Both the position numbers and the translations under genes were made by a program. A stretch of 64,000 nt of DNA from Macrostomum lignano (Eukaryota): contig NIVC01002683.1 of the NCBI GenBank assembly GCA_002269645.1, positions 85,998 through 149,997 on the forward strand, read 5' to 3'. This document shows, piece after piece, positions 37,479-49,324 of this stretch; positions within the stretch are counted from its first letter, which is position 1, and each line of letters begins with the position of its first letter. A model generated the notes under the pieces. That model ran no database searches, was not told where the DNA came from, and saw nothing but the letters and a program-made list of their open reading frames with translations.

Positions 37479-40273
37479 TTGTCAGCTGTGCTCAGCCCTA
37501 GCTCTGAAATCCATGAGCTCGACTCGACACATGCCTGCAGGTCGGGCACAACCAGTGCCTTGCCGCTGCAGTCGTAAAGATCCCGAGGCACTTGAAGCAA
37601 AGAATTATTTCCGTGGCCTTCATGTCCGACCTCGCCCACATGGGTGTCTTCAGAAATATTGACATGGCCGGCTACTTGCTCGTCGTCTTGAGCATCGCGA
37701 TCGTCATGGATGCCTTCTATGCCGTCATATCTGTCCCCACCTAGGGCGTCGCTAAGACCATCGAATTGGACATCACAAATACGGCCTCTTCTGCCGCTGC
37801 TACTACGGCCACGTCCTCTGTAACCACGGCTTCTACCACAACAGTCGCCCTCTCGTTTTTCGTCACGTGTACCAATTCGCGTGCAGCCTCTTTGTTCGTT
37901 TCCTGATACGTTCCGATGACCAGCTCTTCTCCCATGTCTTCGGAAGTACTTGGCCACTGGAAAGTACTTCGGAGCGGTACTGTGGCTCGCTTTTTTGTTT
38001 ACAACGAGAGCTTCTGAAGCTTCAACTGCACTGTCATCAAACGAGTGCTGAATCGGTGTCAATACCGACTCTGTACCTTGCTCTGCTTCTGGCACAGGTG
38101 ACTCGATTGTACGTTGTCTTTTGTTCATACATGTAGGAACGGAGTCTTCCTCGGAATTCTCGCCGTCGAAATCCAAGTCTATCAATTCTCGTCGTCGGAA
38201 GCTGTGAACTGCTGCGGAAGTAATCACCCGATGCTGCAGGCGGCCTCTAGAGTGCTCTTCCAAAAGTGATATAAATTCCAATAGCGGTTGCGATCGGCCA
38301 TGCATCACATCTCTTCTGACAGTTCTGTGGTACACTTCCACAGATCCTTCGCTGTTGCGGAATTCTTGCACTGTGCTCTGTCCAGTAAAGAATCGTTGGC
38401 AGTCAATCATGAGGCCACTGAAGAGCGGAAAGTATGCGTACAAATTGACGACCTTCTGCGCCAATTTTTCGTTAAGGTACGCATTGATCATCGGCAGCTG
38501 CGATTCACTTGCTTGGCGGCAAGCTGCATTGATTCGCTCGAAGATCTGTTGTGCCTGACTAAAAAAGCGGGACGATGAGCGAATCGTTTCCCGACTCATA
38601 ATGTTTTCCGGAGCGTTCATTTCAACGCCTAGCATGGGCTCGTTGTCACCAACATCAGACGCCTCAATCAACAGTGTTTCGACTCGCGGCATGGCTCTTC
38701 TTGCGTCGCGCTCGAGCAGAACATGCAGCATGTTCTGAAGATTGGCTAGGCCTTCCGCTGAAGTGGTGCTTGCAACAATCCGCGCAAACGCCCGAAGGTA
38801 CAGTGTCCTTACCTGAGGACTTGCGCTGCGCACTTCTTGCCAATTCCGAACCTCATTGATGATGTGACTTCTACCAAGAACAATAGCGGTGCGCCGACGT
38901 GCCTGCTGCAAAGTTGCTTGCATAAACTTTGGAATTCCACTCTGTCCATTTTCTGATTGCAGCGCGATCAGAAAGCACCAATCGAGATATTCGCGAATTC
39001 CTAATCCATTGAAGACCTGTATGAGGGCATGTAGTGTCGGCCAGTTAAAATCCGTCGTAATCTTTGCTATTTTCACAGTGCTGTGGCCCATTTTTTGTTC
39101 CTTTATCTTCTGAAGCCACTTTGCTAACATGCTAGTCAATTGCACGGTATCATGATTACAAGTCAGAACGTCGAATAGAGAAACTTGGGTCATTCCAATA
39201 GTTTGCTCGGCTGCCATCACTAAGGCGTAATGGTATACTGGCTTCAGTGGCATTCCACCTGGCCAGCTGCAAACTGACGCTCCTGTCGAGTCGATAACTA
39301 GGTTGATTGGCATCTTTAACTGTTTCATAAGAGATAGAGCCTCTGCAGCCATCTCCGGGTGATATGCTCCAATAGCCGTAAGCGAAATATCGCCCGCAAA
39401 CTCAAAGTAATGCACGTACGCCTTTAGTTTCGGCGAATTGCTGACGCTCAACAGAAAGTTATGCACAGGGATGTCTGGGCACAGTTTTTTTTTCTCTTTG
39501 TTGTACTGGCGAATTCCTTGAAGCATCCTTTGCGATGGAATGTTGCGCAGATCGTCATTTGTTGCAGCAACTGAGGCCTGCAGTACGGCAGCTCCCTCAG
39601 TATCAGCTCTTGCTTTTAAGCCTGCATCTCGAACCTTTGTAGGTCTAAGGGGGTGCTGCAATGGCTTATGGGTCTGCTCCAGACGCACTTCGCAGCCCTT
39701 CACCTTTAACTTCCATCGCCCAGGACACGAAGACGGTTTTGGGTCGCCAGCCAGTCGCGCCGAGCATTTCAATGAGTACTTAGCAGACTCAGGGCCATCA
39801 AAAGAACTGCGAGCAATTGAGAGGCTGCAGTGCTCCACCCAGCAGTTCTGCACTTCACGCAACAAAACGCCGTTAAATTGCTCTCTCTGCGCTCGCCGAG
39901 TTACTTCTTGCATGGTATTGTTAACTTCGTGCCATTTCTCTTTGAGACACCCAAATGTCCCGACAAAACGTTGAACTTCAGCTTCAGAAGGCGACGAAGG
40001 CGTGCTTTCGGGGACAACGCTCTGGTCTTCCGAAGATGACAAAATAGACAACGCAGCAGTAAGCAGCTGCCTTCTGTTTTGCTGCAAATCACATCGGATC
40101 GTCTTTATCGAGGCTTCATCGTATTTGCCGGGATGCTGCACACTTAACTGCTCAACAATACTCCGATATGCTTCTGAATTCTTGATACCAGCTCCATCTG
40201 TCAAATCTGCTGGGTCGATGGACTCCTTCAGTAGTTGAATTACTTCAAGTACGTCTTTATCCCGCTGCGAAGC
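37479..40273 (-). CDS. MULE/NOF-like DDE transposase, main exon
   Basis: VIDSTG (D1), TTDFNW (D2), LGRSH (C/DxxH-equivalent), NSEGSVEVYH (E); acceptor TTCCAG|GCT at 40273; donor AA|GTGAGT at 37478; start codon not identified. Confidence 0.75.
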
Positions 40274-40304
40274 CTGGAATAAGAAGATGCAGTGCCTCGA
40301 ATTA

Positions 40305-40697
40305 TAGTTGGGCATGGCTGGGCATAGTTGGGCATGGCTGGGCATGGCTGGGCAGAGTTGGGCATGGCTAGATATAGTTGGACATAGCTGGGCATGGCTG
40401 GGCATGGCTGGGCATAGTTGGGCATGGCTGGGCATAGTTGGGCATGGCTGGGCATGGCTGGGCATGGCTGGGCATAGTTGGGCATGGCTGGGCATGGCTG
40501 GGCATGGCTGGGCATGGCTGGGCATAGTTGGGCATGGCTGGGCATAGTTGGGCATGGCTGGGCATAGTTGGGCATAGTTGGGCATGGCTGGGCAGAGTTG
40601 GGCATGGCTAGATATAGTTGGGCATGGCTGGGCATAGTTGGGCATAGTTGGGCATGGCTGGGCATAGTTGGGCATGGCTGGGCATAGTTAGGCATAG
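40305..40697. repeat. 10-bp repeat array (GGGCATGGCT/GGGCATAGTT)
   Basis: About 39 units; produces the spurious MPNYAQPCP N-terminus in the ORF track. Confidence 0.95.
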
Positions 40698-40802
40698 TTG
40701 AGCATTACAGTGGCCGTTGTCCAAAATGTAAGGTTTCATCCGGCACCAAGGTCTCTCTTTGGTCTGAAGGCCAGGTGCTGCTACGATAGATACCCTATAC
40801 TC

Positions 40803-41400
40803 ATATTATTATTATTATTGTTGTTGCTACTACTATTATTATTATTATTATTATTATAATTATTATTACTATTATTATTATCACTATTTTTATTATTATC
40901 ACTATTATTATTATTATTTATGAAGCTGGCCACTGCTAGCGGAGACATGCAGGCTGTTGCTGGGGAAACATTCAGTGGTAGTCAAGGGGGTCAGGCCGAT
41001 GTTCAGTAGGTTCTCTATCAGTGTGGCCTGCAGGGTGGTGGTGCGGGCTTGACCTTGACACAGGGTCCTGTCGGGTTGCTTGGCATTAGAGTGGCCCAAA
41101 GAAGCGTCCCACTGACCATGGCTATGAAGGCAATGCAGTAGCCTACATAGCCAGTTGGATCTGGCGGTGGGTGGTGCTCAGGGGCGGCACTTCCGAGCAG
41201 GCCGCCAACTGCTCATTGCTCAGCAGTTCTATGCTGAGCAGAACCAGGAGCTCCAGCCAAAGGTCGTGAGCCATGCTGAACAGGAATAATGCAACACGAG
41301 TGAGCTTTTTCAGGGCGGCCACCTGGTACAGCTAAGGCTCAGTGATGGTGAGCCTCGTGGTCTCTGGCACTATCCAGCAGATCTAGGACCTCGGCAACCC
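40803..41400 (-). mobile_element. Short non-autonomous RTE-like LINE derivative with (ATA)n tail, nested in the Mutator-like element
   Basis: GGCGGCCACCTGGTAC...GCCTCGTGGTC shared with 27948-28000; 3' part reads LSNEQLAACSEVPPLS...GQARTTTLQATL; (TAT)n at 40803-40918. Confidence 0.55.
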
Positions 41401-43991
41401 ATGATCGGAGGCTATGCACTTGGCTGCTCCATACAACAACAACAACAACAAACAAATACGCTGTCAGGATGGCAAAAGTCAGCGCCGCTCCATGGAGTCG
41501 GCTGTACGAGCGTATTGGCATGTGTACATACAAAACCTCTTTAAGAATATAGACAATTCAATAGCCAAGACTACCTCTTAAAGGTTATATAGGTAAATTG
41601 GGAACTTAAAGGGGGAATTCAGATATAAAGACTTAAATGGGTACTTCTGAAGAATTGAAGACAAGATAAGACTTTTCCTTCAAAGTCTTTATACAGTAGC
41701 TTAAAAAGAGTTTTCTTATAGAATAGTAAGTCAAAGACAATAGATAATTTATAAAATAAACAGCTAGTAATTTGTGTAATAAGTGGCTAAAAGTTGCTAA
41801 ATAAGAACAAAAAACATAAAGTTAAGCGTAATATAACAAGAAGTTTTGACAATTTTTTATAGTTTTGAAAAGTTTATATCTAATTGTCCTATTTAACTAA
41901 TTAATAAGGATTAAAAGCAACTTTGTTTTTTAGTAAGTATAATATCAGGCCTAATTATTAACATTATATATATATGAGTCATTTGTATACGAGGGTATAT
42001 ATACGAGTATATATATTACAACCCGATTCATATATATATATTAAGTTCCTTTTATTTTACAAGAATCCATATACTAAAATAGTTCGTTGGTAAATATGTG
42101 ATCAATTTCAGAAAAAATGGAACATAATGCTAAAATCATTTTGCAAATATATTGTATAGATATATTTAGCTTTGAAAAGTTGCATTATTTAAGACTTTGG
42201 ATCTACCAAATTTTATATATGAACATGCTTCTATTGCATTTTCATAGCTTATTTTAAATAAAAATCAGGTCTAATTTTAACATTTAACTATTATTAAGAG
42301 ATAGAAATTTTATGTCCAAATGAGGCTACGCTCGTACCATATTGTAGGCCTATACAAGAGGTTTTGTCCATGACAAATTTTATAGAATGCATAAGTATAT
42401 ACAAGAAACAGTTTGCGCCTTTCTAAACTTCTTAAAGCTACAAATAATATCATCTGACACGCCATACTCGTAGCGTAGCCTCAAATACTTGCAAGATGTT
42501 GTAAAAAAGAAAACACCACACTATGGGCTATCCATATCCACGTGCCTGAGTTGGGGCCACTTGGGGAATAAGGTAAACTTCTTTAGAGTATTTAAATGCT
42601 ATTTTGGTTCATTTTCAGTTCAGTATATAAGCCAATATATATTTTTACGGTCCCTTCAGTGCTTTGCTACACCATTTCACTATACGGTAACAGAAACGTG
42701 CGATAAAATTAAATTCACGCCAATTTTGTTTATTCTTGCACATTTTCACCAGTGATTTTAGCTTGCGCAGGCAGCAGTTTAGAAAATTAACCCCGCGCAA
42801 GATGAGTTACTTATTAAAGAATGTATGCTGAAAATAAAGTGGCATGCGCAAGCTGCATAAAGAAGTTATTCGACACACCCTATATTACACCCCCTATAAT
42901 AACAGAAAAAATTTTTTTTCATCAAACATAGACCAAATTAATAAGTATAATTAGACGCGCAAGAATTGCGCTCTTCTGCGCGACAGTTTAAGTATTTTTT
43001 CAATCGATATTTTTTTACAACATTTAGGGGGGTGTATTTTTGGTGGGTGAATTCGGTAATTAGTTTTAATGTATCGAAATTAAAACTTAGAAAGGAAGGT
43101 TATAAATGTATGCAACACTAGTATAGACTAGGCCTATAGATTTCACTTTAGCGTTTATTTGGGTGTTAGTCTGTTAAATCATTAGTAACTTAGTTTATAC
43201 TTCCTGCCTAGACAGGAAAGCTTAAGCTAGCAATATTGCACTGACTGGCAGTGGCAGGGAAAGGTACATTATTATTAAGCCTAAATACTTTTTACATTTA
43301 GTAAAACAGGGTGACCCACAAGTAGGCCTAACTGACACATTTAAATTCCTTGTTCCTTTCTATTGCTTGAATGAAAAATTTTTTAAATGCTTTATGACAT
43401 TAACACTTTATTGTATCAGTAGTGCCATTGGTGTCATTGTCATGCAATGCATAGGCCCGAGGGCTAGATGATAGGCCTAGACTGATAGGCCTAGCCTAGG
43501 CATCAAAGGACATAGAACTTAACACTGAAAAATCTGGATTTCATTATTATTTTAACTGGGGCCTAATTTTCATTTAAATTCTAAATAAGGATCCAAAAGT
43601 CAAAAGATCTAAAAGAAGATCTAAATATTTATTAAAGGAAGGCCCCTAATAATAATGGCAATCTTTCAGTTTGCAACCACCTCAAATAGTGATGTTCACC
43701 ATATAAAAAAGTTGTAGGACATAAAAACTGATGGTAGTTTCAGATGATTATAAATGTTTTCAAATGTCAAATGTTTTTATACATTGGTTTGCTAATAACT
43801 TATATTGTATAATTTGTATAGGTATATAATATATACACAATATAATGTATGTTTTCTTTATAAAAAATAAAACTCAACAAGGGTGCAATCTCTATAGGCT
43901 ATGCTTTTCCCCTCTAAATCTGCCACTAATTAAGCTTAAGCCTAGGCATATAAATTAGGCCTATATTTAAACCTATGGGTATAGGCCTAAG

Positions 43992-44542
43992 GGATTACAG
44001 TCATTTCGGTGACAAGATGTTTTGGTGACAGTCCTTTTGGTGACAAGCAAAGTTCATTTCCGTGACAAAAAATACCCTTTTAAGTGATAGCCAGGGCCCA
44101 TTCTGTTTTTAAACAGAAAATTAGCCTGCAAATCTTAAATTAAAAGATATTGTCATTGAACCTAAAGTTTTATAATTTTTTGAAAGGGTTAAGTTTTGCT
44201 TTATTTAATTTTTGTTTATTTACAATTGAGTTGCAGGCTTTTGAATTGTTTTTCAATCCAAATATGTAGCATCAATTTCTGCTTTTCTCGGTCGGCATTT
44301 CATGAGGATTCTCTATAGAGGTTTATGGTTTATATCTAAAAACTCTGGGGCAATTCAAAATGATGTGTATAAGAAGAAAACAACATAATTAGTTTTATTT
44401 GTTTTCCTAAATATATTAATCTTTTGATAAAATTTTTTAAATATATATGTACGAAGTATAAATATTAACAAAATAACTACAAGCTAATATTATGAAGCGC
44501 CTCTTATCACCAAAATGACTTGTCACCTAAATGACTGGTACC
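43992..44542. mobile_element. Non-autonomous GG...CC DNA transposon
   Basis: TIR GG..CAGTCATTT(C/A)GGTGACAAG at both ends; flanking GGCCTAAG at 43984-43991 and 44544-44551. Confidence 0.65.
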
Positions 44543-46539
44543 TGGCCTAAGGCCATATAAACTAGCCAATTTGTTTTATAATAAAATCTCAATAGGACTA
44601 AAAGCATATTCAATAATAGGCCCCTAGGCCCCTACTTATATATCAAAAAAGCATATTCAATACTTTTATCTATAGGATAGGTTGATACTTAACTTTTTTT
44701 AGTATGGAAGGCCTCTTTTTATTCTTATATAAAAATATAAGCAAATAATATAACACAAAATATATTTGAAGTTACTAATATTAAATTTTTTATAATTTTT
44801 TATAAGATACAAGTCATAATATAATATTGTATTAATACTAAACAATATTATTATGCCAAACTTAGGCCTAGGATAGTTAATAATCAAAAGGTTTGTTATA
44901 CCTAAGCTTATAGCTATAAATATGGCTAGACTTATGTTATATAGAAAGTTATAGATAGAAACAAATTAGATAGTTTAGACAGTTAATAAGTATAAGCCTA
45001 GAAATTTCTATTGGAATATTTTTCCTGTGCTATATGTAAAGGCCTAGTTTTAATGCTTATAAGTTATATATTCATAATTTGCACAATACTGTATAAATAA
45101 TACTATCATTATTTACATGGTAACTAAAATAAAGACTAGTTTTATATACTGTGCAGTATTTATAGCTATGGTCCAATTATGTTTGACCACAAATCTATCC
45201 TTTTAAAGACAATGGATAATATTCTTTATATTTTGCATTAATTATAGTAAATAATGAGCTAATAAAAATGCTAAGCTATAAAACATATAAATCATGCCTA
45301 AACTCCATCTATTGGCTTTAGTTAGTTTTAACTCATTATGAAAGTAAAAAATACAATGACAAATATTGAGTTGTCCCTGATATTATAACTATGATAAGGT
45401 ATTCATTTCAGTTATTATATAAATAACACTAGCAATATTTATACAGTACTATGCAAATAATGACTGCCTACAAGTTATCTATATAACTAAAGTTGATTAT
45501 ATCTGTCTGTCTGTTTGTGAAGTTCACATTTTAGAATGAACCAGAAGACCAATCTTCACAGGACTTGCACTGTTAGTTTGCAAATTTTCCAGCAGTGATG
45601 TGGCAGATTTTGCTAAAATTTCTGATAATGCGAAGGATGTTTAATTAGCAAAAAACTACTTTTTTTGCCACGGAATTTCTGTGGTCAGTTGAAAAAAAGG
45701 CTTACTAACTGCCAATTTGGCTGACTTGATTGAGGTTGCATCAGCAATCTGGCCTATCTCTCCAGTGTATTTCATTTAGCTAGGCTGATTTGTGTGCAGA
45801 AAGGAATGGGGGTTTGTTGGCTCACTTGGCAATGTGCAAAGGCGTGTGTAGCCCTGGCTGCGGGGCGGCGTCAAAATTTAGCTTTGGCAATGGTCAGGGA
45901 GAGAAATTCAATGACTTATTTTGTAGGCCTTCAAGTGTAAAAGTGCTATCATTTGCTGATTGTGCTTCGAGTTTTTTAGATTGGAGTAAGATAATTATAT
46001 TGCCTAAAAGAGCTTGAAATGCTGAACATGGGGATATAATTTTATTGCTTCAAATCTGAAAATCAGAAGCACAGCACTAAAAAGAAGATTGGCTTGAACA
46101 ATGTACTGTGTACATTGTTGGCCGGGAGCCAATTGAAAATAGACAGCTGTGTACACTGCTGGGGTAGGGAGAGAGAGTTGAGCTCAAATGCAATTATCAA
46201 TTGCGAGGCCTCTAGGTTTGGGAGCTCAAATTTGTACACGCAAAATATTTCGTATATTTCTCTTGATAAAGTGGGAACTGGGACTGGGTATGGCAGGAGT
46301 TCTTGACCAATGATTTAATTTGGTCAAGGTGCCACAAATGATTATTCAGTCAGAACTTTAACAAGCTGCTTTTCATCCGAACTACTATTCAGTTCATATG
46401 ACTGTCTGTGAAACTTATAAACTGTTCAAAGTTGGTTTTCACCATTCAAAGTTGGTTTTCACTATTGAAAATTGGTTTTCACAATTGTATTTTTAAGCAA
46501 TTTTTTAACAATATAAACAGTAAACTGTCAAACGAGTGC

Positions 46540-47180
46540 TGTTGTAACTGTCTAATTGGTGCTGTTGTAAACTTTGTAATGGGTGCTATTGTAAACTGTC
46601 TAACGGGTGCTGTTGTAAACTGTCTAACGGGTGCTGTTGTAAACTGTATAAGGGGTGCTGTTGTAAACTGTCTAACGGATGCTATTGTAAACTGTCTAAT
46701 GGGTGCTGTTGTAAACTGTCTAACAGGTGCTGTTGTAAACTGTATAAGGGGTGCTGTTGTAAACTGTCTAACGGATGCTATTGTAAACTGTCTAATGGGT
46801 GCTGTTGTAAACTGTCAAATGGGTGCTGATGTAAACTGTCTAATGGGTGCTGTTGTAAACTGTCTAACGGGTGCTATTGTAAACTGTCTAAGGGGTGCTG
46901 TTGTAAACTGTCTAAGGGGTGCTATTGTAAACTGTCTAACGGGTGCTGTTGTAAACTGTCTAAGGGGTGCTATTGTAAACTGTCTAACGGGTGCTGTTGT
47001 AAACTGTCTAATGGGTGCTGTTGTAAACTGTCAAATGGGTGCTGATGTAAACTGTCTAATGGGTGCTGTTGTAAACTGTCTAACGGGTGCTATTGTAAAC
47101 TGTCTAAGGGGTGCTGTTGTAAACTGTCTAAGGGGTGCTATTGTAAACTGTCTAACGGGTGCTGTTGTAAACTGTCTAAT
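46540..47180. repeat. 24-bp minisatellite (GGTGCTGTTGTAAACTGTCTAACG)
   Basis: About 26 copies. Confidence 0.95.
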
Positions 47181-47947
47181 GGCAGGAGTTACAATCAACT
47201 GATTTGGACCTGTGGAGCGGGTAAAATTGCTACCTGCTTTCTACCAGGTTGTCTCTGCTTCATGTGCCTGTTTTCTGGAGGGCTGTCTCTGGCTGATCTT
47301 TCTGTCTTCTCGCTGGTTGTCAAAGATCAAGAAAAGTGCTTGCTTGAAAAACTGTTTGGGACCCGCAAAGCGGGTCTTCCTGCTAGTATTTTTCTAAAAT
47401 TCATTTTATTGGGGATGCTTTGAAAGTAAAGAATTTTTTAATAACTTTTTACTGACTAAACTTATAGACTTAAAATTTTTACCCCACAATTTGATCTATA
47501 TTGGCAACTAACAACTTTATTTTAAGCTTCATATAACTATATGCAACTGTATAATCTTAAATTAAAGTCTATACCTCAAGATTAAGAGTTATACTTTTGT
47601 CTATGAAAAAAAACTAACCAAGTTTAAGCATACTCTACAAAGAAAAAAATCATACTTTTTTATTTCTTTTCTTTAGCAATTTCAGTGTGCTCTACAAAGC
47701 TGCCATTCCACTAGATATAAGTGCAATCCAACAGTTTGTTAATTCCTTCTTGCCAAAAACTCAAAGAATATTCCAAGTCTTCCATAAGTCATAATCTCAA
47801 TGGGAAAAAGTTTTCCATTAGAAATTGTATCTTTTACCAACACACATACATGCATAACAGTCAGCCAAGTCGGCCAATCCGGCCGACTGATTTAGCAGCC
47901 AACCAAGAAAGTTGCAAAAATGCCCACCCAAAAATACCAAAGTAGTA

Positions 47948-48014
47948 GTACTAAGTAGCTGACGAGGCATTTTGGCCTAATAGGACAGTCATAGTTACTC
48001 CTGCCGTTTACCCG
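47948..48014 (-). other. 28S rRNA-derived fragment (R2 target-site region)
   Basis: TGACGAGGCATTTTGGC...AGTCATAGTTACTCCTGCCGTTTACCCG matches antisense 28S TGACGAGGCATTTGGCTACCTTAAGAGAGTCATAGTTACTCCCGCCGTTTACCCG. Confidence 0.7.
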
Positions 48015-49324
48015 AAGTTGCATTAATTTTGCTATAGGGTTTTTTTACATGTAAGTCGCATTTTTGGCCAAAAACTACATCGCATTTTTGTTAAAACTAA
48101 GTCGCACGGCCGACCAAATTTAGGAGCTTGCACATGTATGCCAACACAATAGCTCTATAGAGCTCAAAACTGCAAAATTATTTCTAGGCCACTTTTCTTT
48201 TAGAAAATAAAAAGAGGAGCCCCTATTAGAAGTAGCCAAATATAGTAGTAGAAGTTAAAAAAACCTTTGTTTTCTTACTTTTTTAGTAGTATTTTTTGCC
48301 ATTAACAAAAGTTGTAATTTTTAATCTTAAGATTTAGACTTTTATTTATGATTACTCAATTGCATGTAGCTATACAAGGCATAAAATAAGCCTATGCCAC
48401 AAATGCATTTTTTCTTAATCTCTCTACCTTGAAAACTCTTCCTTTTTATTTACTTTGCATCCTACTTAATTTATTGGTATAAATGATATGAATATGAACT
48501 GATCTCAAGATTATATTTGCCATATTGCTAATCATTCTAATATGCTAAAGCTTTTTTGGTGTATGCATTGTTTGGCTTAACTTTTAATATATTTTTATAC
48601 CAAATCTAATGTATATATCATATACTTATATCTGAATAGGCCTAGAAAATATCAAATAGTGTATATATAAAGTCTCAATTTTTAGCTATAAACATGAAAT
48701 TTATAGTCACTACAAATGACCAAGACTAGAATCCATTATAGATTATATAATTTATATAGCAAGGCTATTACTTATATCTTATAATTGACATCAAAGTGTT
48801 AATAGCTTGTCTTATCTTCTAGAAATCTCTTATTGTTGTTACTAGAAATTGTGATAGGGATCTTTATTCAAGCTTATCATATGAACAAAATGTTTTTACA
48901 GTGCTTCTAACTTAATGCTGTCAAGTTGTTACAATATTATAATGTAGTTATTGTTTTTTAACCCAAATTCTTTATACATTATCCTTTGAGCACAATACTT
49001 TAAATAAGTCTAAATATAAATCAGTGTTTTTTCTTCTTACTAGTAGCAGTCTTACTTATTGAGTATGAAGTACTCTGTTTTTACTAGCCCAAATTTTCAA
49101 GTATTTCTTAGTATTAGAATAATTATTTTTTTGTAAATATCTCTCAGTTATTTTTAAGATCTATATAATTCAACTTGATCGATCTTCTTTTCAATATTCT
49201 ACTTATCAGTAGTATGTACAGCATGTTTTCCTATTTCACTGTTAAAAATAATAATTTCCCTAAATACCATTTAGTTAAAACACTAGACTAGGCCTATCTA
49301 TTTTAAATTGCCAATTTGCATAAT

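Larger units (their letters stand above)
30970..43064. mobile_element. 12.1-kb Mutator (MULE/NOF-like) foldback DNA transposon
   Basis: ~930-bp TIRs (30970-31898 and 42138-43064); 9-bp TSD TTTAATGTA at 30961-30969 and 43065-43073; internal DDE-like transposase. Confidence 0.88.

Noticed and set aside
40240-40695. MPNYAQPCP-repeat proteins on both strands, including the N-terminus of the 1066-aa ORF
   Set aside because: 10-bp tandem repeat upstream of a good splice acceptor at 40273
30978-43056. TA target-site duplication (Tc1/mariner-like) for the large element
   Set aside because: The inverted repeat extends 8 bp further outward and is flanked by an exact 9-bp duplication, which fits Mutator better
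46408-47202. 264-aa VVNCLTGA ORF (similarly 53855-54271 and 28921-29718)
   Set aside because: Minisatellite or microsatellite translations with no domain content
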